Shown here in pieces: positions 42,010 to 54,100 of a stretch of 64,000 nt of DNA. Position 1 is the stretch's first letter; each line of letters opens with the position of its first letter. The position numbers were made by a program, and so were the translations under genes. The notes beneath the pieces are model-generated. The model worked only from the letters and a program-made list of their open reading frames with translations, did not search any database and was not told where the DNA came from. The stretch covers positions 182,280,001-182,344,000 of the forward strand of contig OZ024741.1 of the NCBI GenBank assembly GCA_964016885.1, read 5' to 3'. Source of the stretch: Eledone cirrhosa (taxonomy: Eukaryota).

Positions 42010-44376
42010 AACTTATATGGTCATTAAAAGACAAAAATTTAAAATACTCGATCTTTTGGACGAAGCTTTGTAATAGTAAAATATATACCAACTCATCTAT
42101 ATCAACTAGCTGCAACCGCTGCATAAAGGAGACCCTATTAATAATTACTAATTATGAAAACTTAATTAACAAAAAAAAGTGAATTATTCTCAAACTGCTT
42201 CATAAAGCTTTGTCTACATTCCAAGCCTCGCAAAAAAATCAGGAAAAAACACTAAACAATCAGGCCTTAATTTTTGACGTCACTTATCAACTGTTGGCCC
42301 TAAAAAGTCATAACGGTTTATAAAACTTTAATAATGCTTTATCTTCTAACCATTTATGATAGAATGAATGTTAGAATGAATTATACTCTTTTGATAACTT
42401 GTTTACTTGATAGATATGCATACCTTATGTTTTTTGGGGGGGATATTTATAATTTTGATTCAGATCTTTATTTAATCTGTCTCTGTTTTAGATATATAAT
42501 TTGGATATTTAACTTGTAAATTCACTGATTATAATTGAACTGTGGATCATTCATGCGTTTGCATATTTTACATATTTTACTCATTTTGAGTATATTTTTG
42601 GGGGTCTCAGAAACTTAGATTTGCATTTTTATATATATCTAGGTATAAATATATCAAACCATAATAGCCGACAAATATTGGTCTCTCTCTCCACTGAACT
42701 TAGAGGTAAAACTACAATTTTAGCATTACTAATAATGATTATAATTATTTATTTATTTAATGTATATCGTTTCATTAATACCTATAATAATATCTCTATA
42801 TAGTTGTACAAATATCTTTATCTAGTGTAATAACATACTCGTACTTACATTTATAAAATATTTTAGACATTCAAATAACTTTATATTGTTATAAGTGTTT
42901 GATATTCCCTGGAAGTTCGAATTTATATAATGATTTTTACTTAATATAATATAATTTTAATTTATCTTATTTTATTTTAATTAAATTTAGATTACCTTCG
43001 GCTTTTTCAAATACTTAGCTCTTCTTTCTATCACATTCGCTAACATATTTTAGATGGTATCTTTTGTCTACTATATTAAAAACCCTATTACATTTATAAT
43101 ATATTTTTAATATTGGGCTTATTTAAGTTTCGCAAACAATTCATTATCTTTTATTTGTATATTTACTTTGTATCTAGCCCCTATCATTAGGATTCATGTA
43201 GTTTTGACTTATATGTGTATAGTGTATATCAACTAAATGAAAATAATTTATATAAAACATTAATCTTTTAACAATATTTTTTAACTATATAAATTTTGTG
43301 AACAATATTTTCAGTAACTTATTTACTATATTATATTATTGTTTTATATTATATATATTTGAAAGGTTTCACCTCAATTATAAACAAATAATAAACTATA
43401 ATCCTTGTATATTTTTTGATCAACACATATATATAATTAAAAATTAAGACTTCTTTAAGTTTAGTTATAGGGCCGGTTGATCCTTTAGGCACTCTATTTA
43501 ACAATAAATTATTTAATAATTATAACTAGAATTATTTTATGAATTGTATTATATAAACTGTTGTCAATATTATAAATAATTTTGGTAAAGGTTACCTTCG
43601 TGAGGGTATAAAAGCATTATATATATTTTCTTTCTTGTGTTTCGTAAATCCTTTAAATTTCTTTTCATAAAATTTGAATTTTAAAAATTAAACATAATTA
43701 TAATATTAATACAAATACCTATTAACTTTTAAAACCTAAAATATTATTCATTACTCTGAAATAACTTAGATTAAATATTTTGAATATTAACGGCCAGCTA
43801 TATTAATATGGAAAATTGTACATAAACTTGAACATAAATTATTCCCTTTGTCTCTCTCTCTCTTTAATCATCTTTCATTTGTTTTTTTCGAGCCACCTTA
43901 TTAAATATATTATCACATCAGCTGTTTCTTCCTCTATGTTTTTCTTTCCCTCCTCTTTCTTCAGTAGTTTTTAAAAAATTGTTTTTTAACTGTTATATTG
44001 ATGCCATGTATTTTTTAAGTTGTATTACGCGCACCCTCTCTATTGTTTTTATTATGTTATCTCATGTTCTCAATATTAGGGTATACATATTGAGTTTTGT
44101 CATATGTTAATCACTACCATGACTGAATCTTAACCATCTACTATGTCAGGGTATGCCAGGCATCATCCTATTTTATCTGATGAGGACGTACTGTTAAACT
44201 TAACTCAGTACCTCTGAAATATGTATAATAAAATATAATTGATCACAAGAATATCTATTTCGTTAATAGTTTGAATTAATATTAATAACTCTGGAAAATC
44301 TTTTTTCACTGTTGAGTGCTTCCAATCTATTGTAAAACTCATTCTTTGATGTATTCATTGAAACTTGTTTAACTTT

Positions 44377-44378
<2 letters not shown>
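42010..44378 (+). mobile_element. Very decayed AT-rich Penelope-like element between (TA)n arrays
   Basis: Ordered RT-like remnants YSFDNLFT (42384-42407), ILDIQI (42860-42877), NLYNDF, FRLPSAFSN (42986-43012), with an HHR near the 3' end. No intact ORF. Confidence 0.5.
44169..44235 (+). ncRNA. Minimal type I hammerhead ribozyme
   Basis: tattttat CTGATGA GGA c GTACTG loop CAGTAC c TCT GAAA T atgt A TA^ ataaaata. Perfect 8-bp stem I; predicted cleavage after 44227. Confidence 0.9.
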
Positions 44379-44458
<80 letters not shown>

Positions 44459-44460
<2 letters not shown>

Positions 44461-45133
44461 ATGATATTAAATAAATGGAAACTATATTTATAAAACCCTA
44501 TTTATTTTATTATATATATTTCAATGGTACCAAGACAACATTGGTACGCTTTCATCAGATAAAATACAAAGTTTGTTTTATAAATAGAGACGTACCCATG
44601 AAAATCATTCCTTATCGTTTGGAAATTCACTGGATAGTGGAAATATATTAGGGATCATTCAAACTTATGTGTGAATATGCAAATGAATATGTAAATAATT
44701 GAAAAACAACCGTTTATTTAAACGACTATGGAGAAAGAGAAAGAGAAGATATAAGGGGAGAAAGATAAAAAAATAGTACGAGAGAGAGAGAGAGAAGAAA
44801 TAAACAAAAGATGAATAAAACTCATATAACGTTAATTTGGGGGAAGTATATATCTTAATAGTACGTGTATATACGATTATTATTTGTTTAAAATTCGTTT
44901 ATAATATATTATTTTCTGTTATAAGTAGATAAATAAATAAATAAATAAATAGATAAATAAATAAATAGGTGGGTATAAATAGATAATGTTGTAGATAATT
45001 GTTTTAATGAGTTATGAGGGATATTGGTTTTGTATTTAATGTAAATAAATATTAAGTTAAATTAAATTAAATTAACTGAGTTAATAAGAATATTTATATT
45101 TAAACTGTTCAGTGCTCTAAATCAGTTATAAAC
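44459..45133 (-). mobile_element. Non-coding HHR-bearing element, paralogue of 40380-41063
   Basis: Shared blocks and tail; bounded by (TA)n. Confidence 0.7.
44503..44566 (-). ncRNA. Minimal type I hammerhead ribozyme
   Basis: tattttat CTGATGA AAG c GTACCAA loop TTGGTAC c ATT GAAA T atat A TA^ ataaaata on the minus strand. Confidence 0.88.
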
Positions 45134-45191
45134 ATATATATATATATGCACCCCTCTGTTTAACATGGGCGACACCACACTAATACATTTC

Positions 45192-45236
45192 ACTATCATT
45201 TGATAATGCATAAAAATGCTGAAACCGGTAATAGAC
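45192..45236 (+). ncRNA. Minimal hammerhead-like motif with U3-A8 covariant core
   Basis: TTGATAA t GCAT aaaa ATGC t GAA ACCGGT A^. Palindromic stem III; stem I weak. Lies in a ~290-bp unit between (TA)n runs. Confidence 0.5.
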
Positions 45237-45551
45237 AATAATTAAATATATAAATAGATAAATAAATGCCATTGTTAAATAATAAATAAATCAACTAATA
45301 CCTTAACACTTCACACAAAGTAAAACATTTCGTTTTAATCATTTTCTAACCTAACCCATAAAAAAGAGAGTGAGAAACAAAAAAGCAAAAGAAATATATT
45401 TTTATTCCTAATAATCGTCTCTTTCTCCCTGTTTTCATATATATATATATATATTTCAAAAAACGTTGCAACCGAAGGAAGACAGGAAGACGATACTTTG
45501 GTTCGTGGAAACGTTCCCGATTCTTTGCTTAAACTTTAATCTGTTATTTTA

Positions 45552-45588
<37 letters not shown>

Positions 45589-45594
45589 ATAAGA

Positions 45595-45670
45595 ACAGAT
45601 TAAAGTTTAAGCAAAGAATCGGTGCTTTCAACTTTAACGGGATCTTCTGAAACTAAAAAATTTAATCTGT
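45595..45670 (-). ncRNA. Type I hammerhead-like motif with CAGAAGA core variant (copy 2)
   Basis: ACAGATTAA-atttttt-AGTTT CAGAAGA tcccgttaaagtt GAA AGCA-loop-TGCT T^ AAACT TTAATCTGT. Stem II is damaged in this copy. Confidence 0.65.
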
Positions 45671-46254
45671 GAACGCAGAAGTAAATATTTCGAGAAATGT
45701 TGCAACCCAAGGAAAACAGGAACACGATATTTTGGTTCGTGAAGACGTCCCCTGGCAATGAACGGAAAAAAAGCGAGGATAATACATCATAATGTGGACC
45801 GTGAAGAACAATTTCATGCAAAGACAAGACCAAGTATATGGTATAAATGGAGTCGTTAGACTAATATTCTATTTAAAATAACCGAATGATTTCCAGCCCC
45901 GGAGTTTAAGAATGATATAAATAAAATTGAAATCGAAAATGACACAGGTTATTAAAATAGTAAAAGTAAATAGTGAAGATGTAGGCCAGTACATACGTAT
46001 GCCCCGACGGACATACACATACATATACATACGCACACACATACATACACACACTCACACGCGCGCGCGCACGCGCGTGTGTGTGTGTAAACCTTATGCA
46101 TTTCTACAGTATTTTCATCAAACTTAAGACATAGGTTACTTATGTACTCCGGATGGTCATGGGCACTTTCATTTTTCCAGATATTGATTATAGGGTCTCT
46201 CGGCAGATAACACCCTTCATCGGCTTCCTCGGAGTCGACTGAAGCACTGTAGTG

Positions 46255-46520
46255 CAATGCAACAAAACGTCATAACTTCTGGAGTTCGCAACCGATTTTC
46301 ACAAAACTTGACACATGGGCTACGTTTGTTCTACAGATGAATGTGAACTCTCAGAATTTGCACATATTGAGTAGGGGACCCCTGGGGGCAGGAACCCCCT
46401 TTGGGGAAAAAGCCGATGATTTTGTAAAAGTATAGTTTTCGAAGTAGCACTGAAGTATTGACATAAATGGTATACATAACTGCTATTTAATACCCGAGCA
46501 ACGCCGGGTACCTCTGCTAG
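46255..46520 (+). mobile_element. Non-autonomous Helitron-like 3' portion
   Basis: Hairpin acccg-agcaacgc-cgggt followed by CTAG|T; internal ccgattttcacaaaacttg motif. Confidence 0.7.
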
Positions 46521-46718
46521 TATATATATATATAAGAAAATGAGGGGTTTTTTTAAATGAAAAAACGAGATGTCCTACACGAGTGAAAATATAAGGAAAA
46601 GAAATCGAAAATGCAACTGGAGTCTTTTTTAAAGAAATATACATATATATTCTTCTTCTTATTGTTATTATTTTTTTTAAGCCTACCTTAACTAGCAACT
46701 ACACAGCAATCCTATTCC

Positions 46719-46767
<49 letters not shown>

Positions 46768-46825
46768 TAAACAAATAATGAATAAACAATGAGACAGTTC
46801 CTTATATTAAACAAAAAAAGTTCAT

Positions 46826-46966
46826 TATTTAACGATCGTTTCTAGGATATATATGTGTTAGAATTGGCATGCATATTCAACAGATCTATGTACAAAATTA
46901 TACAAAATTATACAAACTATCAAGATTAAATATACTTACCAACACATATATACGCCGTCTTCAGAA

Positions 46967-46969
<3 letters not shown>
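46826..46969 (-). ncRNA. Type I hammerhead with long stem II
   Basis: TATTT CTGAAGA cggcg TATATATGTGTTGG ...~77 nt... CTAACACATATATA tccta GAA ACGATCGT T^ AAATA, between (TA)n arrays. Confidence 0.7.
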
Positions 46970-47038
<69 letters not shown>

Positions 47039-48271
47039 TTGTGTGTATGTGTATAAGAGGTATATATATGTATGTGTGTGTGTGTGTGTGTATAAGAGGT
47101 ATATATGTGTATGTGTGTGTGTGTGTGTGTAGAAATAAAAGAAGACAAAAGTGAAAGCAGATACTATTAAGATAAATACATATATTTGGCGTATTGTCAC
47201 ACTAAAGTAATATTGAATACAAGGGTAGCCGCTGAATCTCTTTCAAATCACATCCTACGAACCTTTATTCTTGTTTTTCTATCTAAGTGACAGACTGGAT
47301 AATGTACTCCTAGATGCATGATGTTGAAATAAAAGACTTTATATTTGCTTACAACTGAACCGTATGGTAAAAATAATGTGTTTGATTGGCGATGATCAGT
47401 GGGTGCTCAACTTCCATGAAAACTTAAAATCAGTACTTATAAAAGATCAGAGACGCTGGCGTACTCTCAATAATTGTTTTTTTATATTTGTCTCAGATTT
47501 GAGACATTTTCATATATTTACTTGGAGGTAATAGGAACAAATGCTTTAAGTGTGAAAATGTTATTAAGAATTTAACTTCAACTAATGTGGATAAAACATT
47601 TTGAATATTCTCATTTTCTCTACCTCACTTTTCGTGTTTCAGCATGTGCCTGCGTATGTGTGCGTGTATGGAGGGTGCATACATAAATATACATGGGAAG
47701 AGGAGGGAAAGGGAGTATGGATAGAGAGGGAAAGAGAGAGACAGGTCAATATCTGTTTTTTGCAGTGTTATAATCGTATTGGTAGCAATGAGACATTTAT
47801 TAACGTGAACAAATCAATTTGGTTTTGTTTGTTTGTTTGTTGCTGTTGTTTTCTTAATTCTTTGACGCGTTCATATATTTATTTAATAATATTAATTGTA
47901 CAGTCTATTTTTCAGAATGGTACGCCTACAATGCGATAAGAGACTTTTCAAAGGTTTCTAACATTTGATGATGACTATATATATGTATGTGTGTGTGTGT
48001 GGATCTCCATCGAGTTCGACGAGGAGTGTTCTTGTTTTTTTTTCTGTCAATGGAATTGTCTACTCATGAAATTCAAGTATATTGAGTTGAGCATTCCATG
48101 GATACGTGTAACCTTAGCGTAATTATCAGCGTGTGATAAGACTGGACCTTTTCAACTACAGGCACAGTCCATTCGATGGGCTTCTAAACACTTGCTCATG
48201 AAGCCACACACTGGGACCAAACCCATTGTGAAGCAAACTTCTTAACCATTTGGCCATGCTGCATCCACATC

Positions 48272-48368
48272 ATATATATATATATATATATATATACTGT
48301 TTATATATATATTTATATATATATATATATACTTTATATATATATACTGTTTATATATATATGTATAT

Positions 48369-48406
<38 letters not shown>

Positions 48407-48408
48407 TT

Positions 48409-48443
<35 letters not shown>

Positions 48444-48538
48444 TTTATATATATATATGTATATAGATATATACTGTTTATATATATATGTATATATATA
48501 TATATACTTTATATATATATATGTATATAGATATATAC

Positions 48539-48569
<31 letters not shown>

Positions 48570-48695
48570 CTGTTTATATATATATATATATATACTGTTT
48601 ATATATATATATATATATACACTGTTTATATATATATATATATATATATATACACTGTTTATATATATATATATATATACTGTTTATATATATAT

Positions 48696-48728
<33 letters not shown>

Positions 48729-48730
48729 GT
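48272..48730. repeat. Compound (TA)n array punctuated by actgttt/acttt
   Basis: Visible higher-order repeat. Confidence 0.95.
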
Positions 48731-49547
48731 ATAGGCTTGGCAACTTGTTGGTACGGACGTGAATTGTTGAACGTCCAGATTCGAAATTTTAAAATTTTAA
48801 ATCGACAGTAATCGGTTTTATGTATGGCTTTAATTTTTCAGAAGACAAGGAAAACATACAAAAAGATAAGTTTTTGTGCTTTGACGCGATTATTTTGTCA
48901 TATATTAGCGTTTTAAACATGTTTATTTTCATGTGTGATATCGTCCTAAAGACAACAAGCACACGTGCTTTCTATTTTTCTTTGACTACGTAATTTAATT
49001 TTAGCACGAAATTTAATTTTAATTTAACTTAAGTAGATCTTGTATTATTTTGTTTTTTCTGAGTAACATAATTTAATTTAATATAATTTTATTTGTTTTT
49101 GAATCGGAGAGTATGTGTGTTTGTTGTTTGTTGTTTGATATATTGATATTACAATAACTATGGTCACTCTATACGGTTCCCCTTATTTATATTTGTAAAC
49201 AAACATTTGAATTCAACTTATATACAACTTACATCGTGTTTCTATATCTTTAACTTTTTGTGTTTCATTCATTTAATTTGTTTTCGATTTATCTTATTTT
49301 ATTTTATTTTATCGTAACTTATTCTTTCTCCTTTATATTTCATGTGGATATCATTTCATGTTCACTTTGTTTTGGTGTTTTAATCGCGAAATATTCTTTG
49401 AACGATATTTATTACTAATATTTATGGTTCTCTTTGACCGCTCTCTCACTTTCTGAATTGCTATTTCTCACGCCGTCTCTGTCTCTCTCCTTCCTTCCAA
49501 TCTCTCTCTCTAGATCACACGAGCTCTCTCCTCCCCCTCTCTCTCTC

Positions 49548-49747
49548 NNNNNNNNNNNNNNNNNNNNNNNNNNNNNNNNNNNNNNNNNNNNNNNNNNNNN
49601 NNNNNNNNNNNNNNNNNNNNNNNNNNNNNNNNNNNNNNNNNNNNNNNNNNNNNNNNNNNNNNNNNNNNNNNNNNNNNNNNNNNNNNNNNNNNNNNNNNNN
49701 NNNNNNNNNNNNNNNNNNNNNNNNNNNNNNNNNNNNNNNNNNNNNNN
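49548..49747. other. Assembly gap (200 N)
   Basis: Run of n. Confidence 1.
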
Positions 49748-50240
49748 CCCTCCAGCCGAAACTGACAACCATGTTCAATGACTGCTTGATGTCGGGTGAG
49801 GTACCAGACTGGTTGACAAAAGGTACCACAGTTCTGGTAATGAAAGACCGAATCAAGGGTATTGATGTTACCAACTATAGACCTATCACATGTCTGTCCG
49901 TAATGTGGAAACTGTTAACAAGCATTGTGTCTGAGGAAATCTACCATCACCTCCACATAAACAACTTGTTTACGGACGAACAGAAAGGATGCCGAAAAAA
50001 GTCCCGTGGTACAAAAGACCAGTTACTTATTGATAAGATGGTAATGAGGAATTGCAAGAGGAGACACACTGGTCTTGCCGTGGGTTGGATAGATTACAAA
50101 AAGGCATTCGACATGGTACCTCATTCTTGGATAACCAAAAGACTAGAGATCTTCAAAGTGGCAGATAACATCAGACAGTTGTTGAGCAAAAGTATGAAGT
50201 CCTGGGAAACAGATTTAACACCGGGTGGAGAATCCTTGTC
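49748..50240 (+). mobile_element. R4/Dong-like LINE RT fragment
   Basis: PDWLTKGTTVLVMK...NYRPITCL...EQKGCRKKSRGTKDQLLID...WIDYKKAFDMVPHSWI. Confidence 0.85.
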
Positions 50241-51168
50241 CGATTTGGCTATACCAAGAAGGGGTATGCTTTCCATTGGTTCTGTGGGTGGTGGAAGAGA
50301 TGGAGCTTTTGTTGTTGGGGGTGGTGATTTCTCTTCTGCCACTGTGGTCTTTGTTTGTTTGTCTGCTCCAGTTGCGGGGCACGGCGTGGGGAGAAGGGGT
50401 GGGCGCGTGCCTGTTTTGGTAAGTTTGGGGCAGAATCTCTTAAGGTGCGTCTTGTCACCACATCCATGACACCTTGGGCGCCTACCTTCGACAGTCACGG
50501 GTAGATGGCTGCTTGTTTTATCTCTTCGTTAGTGATGTGTACTTGTTCAAAATTGTTTGTCGCTTTAGCGAAAGACGTGTTTGTTTTGATTTGTGTTGAC
50601 TCATCACTAGTTTTGTCTTTGTTGCCGTCGTTGGTGTTTTTGTTTGTTTTTTTTCCTCCGTGTTGCTGCTGTTATAGTTGTTGTTCTTTGGGTTCTTTAT
50701 GTTGTTGCTGTTGTTATTGTTATTATTGGGGTGGTGGTGGTGGTGGTGTTTGATTTTTCTAACTCAGGGAAATTTTCGTTGTAATTTCCACTACTGCTAC
50801 TACTGTTCCAGTGGCTGCTGCTGCTGTTGTCACTACCACTGTCGCCGTCGCTGCTGCTGCTGTTTCTCTTGTTTTTTACTTTGCCTTGTGATTGGGTGGA
50901 AATGGCTGTTCCACCCTCCGAACAACTCGCTGTTCCTCCCCGTGGACAATCTTTTGGTCCACCTTGTTTTTTAAAAACAGAATTTGGGGGTTATGATTGT
51001 AAATAAAAGCAAATTTAGCCCTCAAGGGCGCGAGATACAGTTAAAAAATCGACCTCCTTTGACAGAGGAGTTCTTTAACTACACACCGATGTAAACAAAT
51101 ATTATATAGGACGTTCGATAACTCATAAAAATTCAACTAACTTACTCCGCCGTAGTTACCGCCGTCTT
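50236..51168 (-). mobile_element. Tx1-like LINE 5' UTR and ORF1 remnant
   Basis: TVEGRRPRCHGCGDKTHLKRFCP (CX2CX4HX4C knuckle). PPPTEPMESIPLLGIAKSD matches PPPTAVELIPLPDATESD of the neighbouring copy's ORF1. Starts aagacggcgg. Confidence 0.75.
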
Positions 51169-51169
51169 A

Positions 51170-54100
51170 TAATAATAACAACAAATAATAATAATAATAA
51201 CGGTTTCTTTATTGGCCACAAGGGCTAACATGAAGAAAAACATTAGAGACGGCACAGAACAGTACAGGACGATACAAAGTGGGTTTTGGTCGTGTAAACA
51301 GGTTATAACAGAATTGGGCTAGAAGTAAAAAAAATTCAAACAACAAAAATTCCCCCAAAAGGGGGAAACCTCCGAGGGTCACTCGTGGCGAAAACCACAC
51401 AAAAAGGCCACGGCCACCCTGACCACCAGGGCAAGCGCCCTCTCTCAGGTTTCCCACTCCTCAGTCTACAGGCGCATACTCAGAGCGGGCCCGTTCACTC
51501 GGACCAGACTCGCCACTTTCGCCCACCCTTCAACAAACTTACTAGAAGACAGCACTTGCCTCTTCACCCTGATTTTCCTCTTCAAGTGAAACTTGAAAAA
51601 GTTAATCAGGGATTGGCCGAAGAGGAAAGTGTCTGTCTTCAACCCTTTCAACCTTGTCCACCACACAATCTCTTTCGCCATGGCCACCAGGCAGATTAAA
51701 ACTGCCTGCCCTTCCTCCTCTTTAAAGGAGGATGGTGGGGCTATCTGCACAATGGACTCAGTCGATAACCGGATCCGTCCTACACACGACAGCAGCTGTT
51801 CGACATAGCTCCACAAGTCAGCAAACCTCGGGCACTGAACGAGTGCGTGCAGGATGGTTTCGTCGCCCTGTGTGCATCTCTGACAGGCTCAGCTGTCAGC
51901 ACCTCCATGTCTGTAGAGCTTATCACGAACTGGCAACGCTCCCGGTAGCACTGCCAGGCCAGGGTCTGGAAGTTGTCCATAGGCCCTGGGCTGAAAGTTC
52001 TCTTGAAGAGAGCAAACAGCTGATCGTCTTCGACGCCCAGGGTCTCCCCGAGAGCGTCGTCGCTCTTTCCCTCCGCTATCCCTCTATAGAACGCCGAGGT
52101 GGATGTTCCACCGATACTAGTGCCCAGCTGGTATAGGGCGGTGAGCGCTTGGAGACATTCCAGCTTCCAAGCGCTATCCCTCGGTCTTTTCCTGATCCAG
52201 GACTGCAGCTCCATCAAAGAGACGAGCTTGGGAAATGCGCGTCTGGCAAACGGCGACTACGCCTGTTCACCATCAAGGAAGCACCAGAGATGTCGCAGCC
52301 TCAGCACATGTTTGCGCATCATCAGCCACGGCATGCCTAGTCCTCCACACAACGAGTGTTGACAGCAAATAGATCGTCTGACCATCGGAGCAAGTCCCTT
52401 CCACAAAAAGCGGAAGAGAAGGCGCTCCATATTGGTTAGAGATGGGCGGCGGAAAGGTACGGTGGTCAGGCTGTAGCAGATGACGGACGCTATGTACGCA
52501 TTTGCCACCTCCACCTGGCCTTTCATGGACAGCCTCCTCTCGGCCCGTTTCTGGGTGAGAGAGGCCAACCTGTTCGTCACCTCGCTCCAGTTTTTCTCCA
52601 TCTGGAGGTTCGGACCGAACCAGACCCCAAGCAATTTAACCGGTCCTTCCGTCCAGCGCCCTACGACGCTGTCGGACGGCATGGACTTGCCTCCAGGTGC
52701 CGAGTTGCAAGCTCACCGACTTTTCCTGGTTTATCTTTGCTCCTGTCACCGCTTCGTATTCCTTGAGAGCGATGCCGAGCATCTGGACGTGTTTGGTGCT
52801 CGACACCATCACGGTGACGTCGTCGGCGAAAGCTGACACGTATCTCCCACATCCCAGTTCACGTGGGTCACCTCACATCGTCTCCAATTTCTGCAGTAAC
52901 GGCTCGAGGGCCAGTACGTACAAGAGGGAAGAGAGGGGGCAACCCTGGCAGACTGAGCGCATGATGCTGAAAGCTACGATAGCTGACCCTTCACCCTCAC
53001 AACCGAGCAGATGTTGCTGTGCATCGCAACGATCCAGCTCCTAAAAACGGGCGATTTTCCCCTGGTTCAGTCAGACATCGCTTCCCGTATTTCACCTGCT
53101 GGTATCGGCTCTTCGCAGCACTGCGCTGCGGTCGTCGAGGTATGCACCGAAGTCCATACTCCGATCCGGCCCGCCGTCGCTCCCGAACAATTGAGCAAAG
53201 TGCTGTTGAAAAGCCGCACATATCTGCTCGGGTTCGAACAACATGCGCCCGTTTTGATCAGGCAAAGACCGAATTGTGGACTTGTTGCCACGTCACGCCT
53301 CCACCACCCGGGCCAATTGAAAGGCTTTCGTGTCTTAGAGCACGCGCTCTAGCTCTGACAACGCAGCTTTCATGTTTTGCGTTGAACAATTGGTCGAGTG
53401 CCAATCTCGCCGCAAGCACGTCGGTTGCGATGCCTGTCCTAAACGCCTCTTCTAACTTTCTAACTAACTCTCCCTCTACTCTATTTTCCTCTATCACTAC
53501 TCCTTTGCCAAATCTTATCGATTATACTCTAATAGCCCTTTTCAGGGTGAACCACCACCTGTTGTTGACGATCGCACTCGTCAACGCACGCTTAACTAAT
53601 TCGCTAATCCGGTCTCTGTAAGCTGTGCGCGCCGGAAACGACCTTTCAGCTTCCTGTAGCCGGCCCCTTGCCTATGGAGTCTTACTAAATCAACTTCACA
53701 GATCACAAATTTGTGGTTCGTGTAGTTGACTATTTTAAATTGTGGACAACCTACACTAGCCTTATCTGTTTCCCTACAGAATACCCTATCTAAATACGAT
53801 CTGGATGACCCGATGCGGTTGGCCCATGTCCACATTGGCACATTCGGATAATCCAGTCGATACCTGTCAGACAGTTCAAAATGTCTGAGCAGGTTGTTGA
53901 GGCTTTTACACCCTCCTGCCCTGTCTACTAGCCCCACATAATCCCAGCGTACATCTAAGATACCGTTCCAGTCGCCCACTAACACTAAAGAGCGGGAAGT
54001 TCCAAGAAAGGTCTTTAGACGTTTGAAGAAATCTGGCCGTCCTGCCTCTGTTGGGGCGTAGACGGCTACTAGCCTGAAAGCATTGCCTTCGCTGCCGGTC

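Noticed and set aside
48730-48900. taggcttggcaac as a DNA transposon terminus
   Set aside because: No matching opposite TIR is visible before the assembly gap.
49771-50469. 232-aa ORF as a single novel protein
   Set aside because: It is a chance read-through from an R4/Dong RT fragment into the antisense strand of a Tx1 ORF1 remnant.
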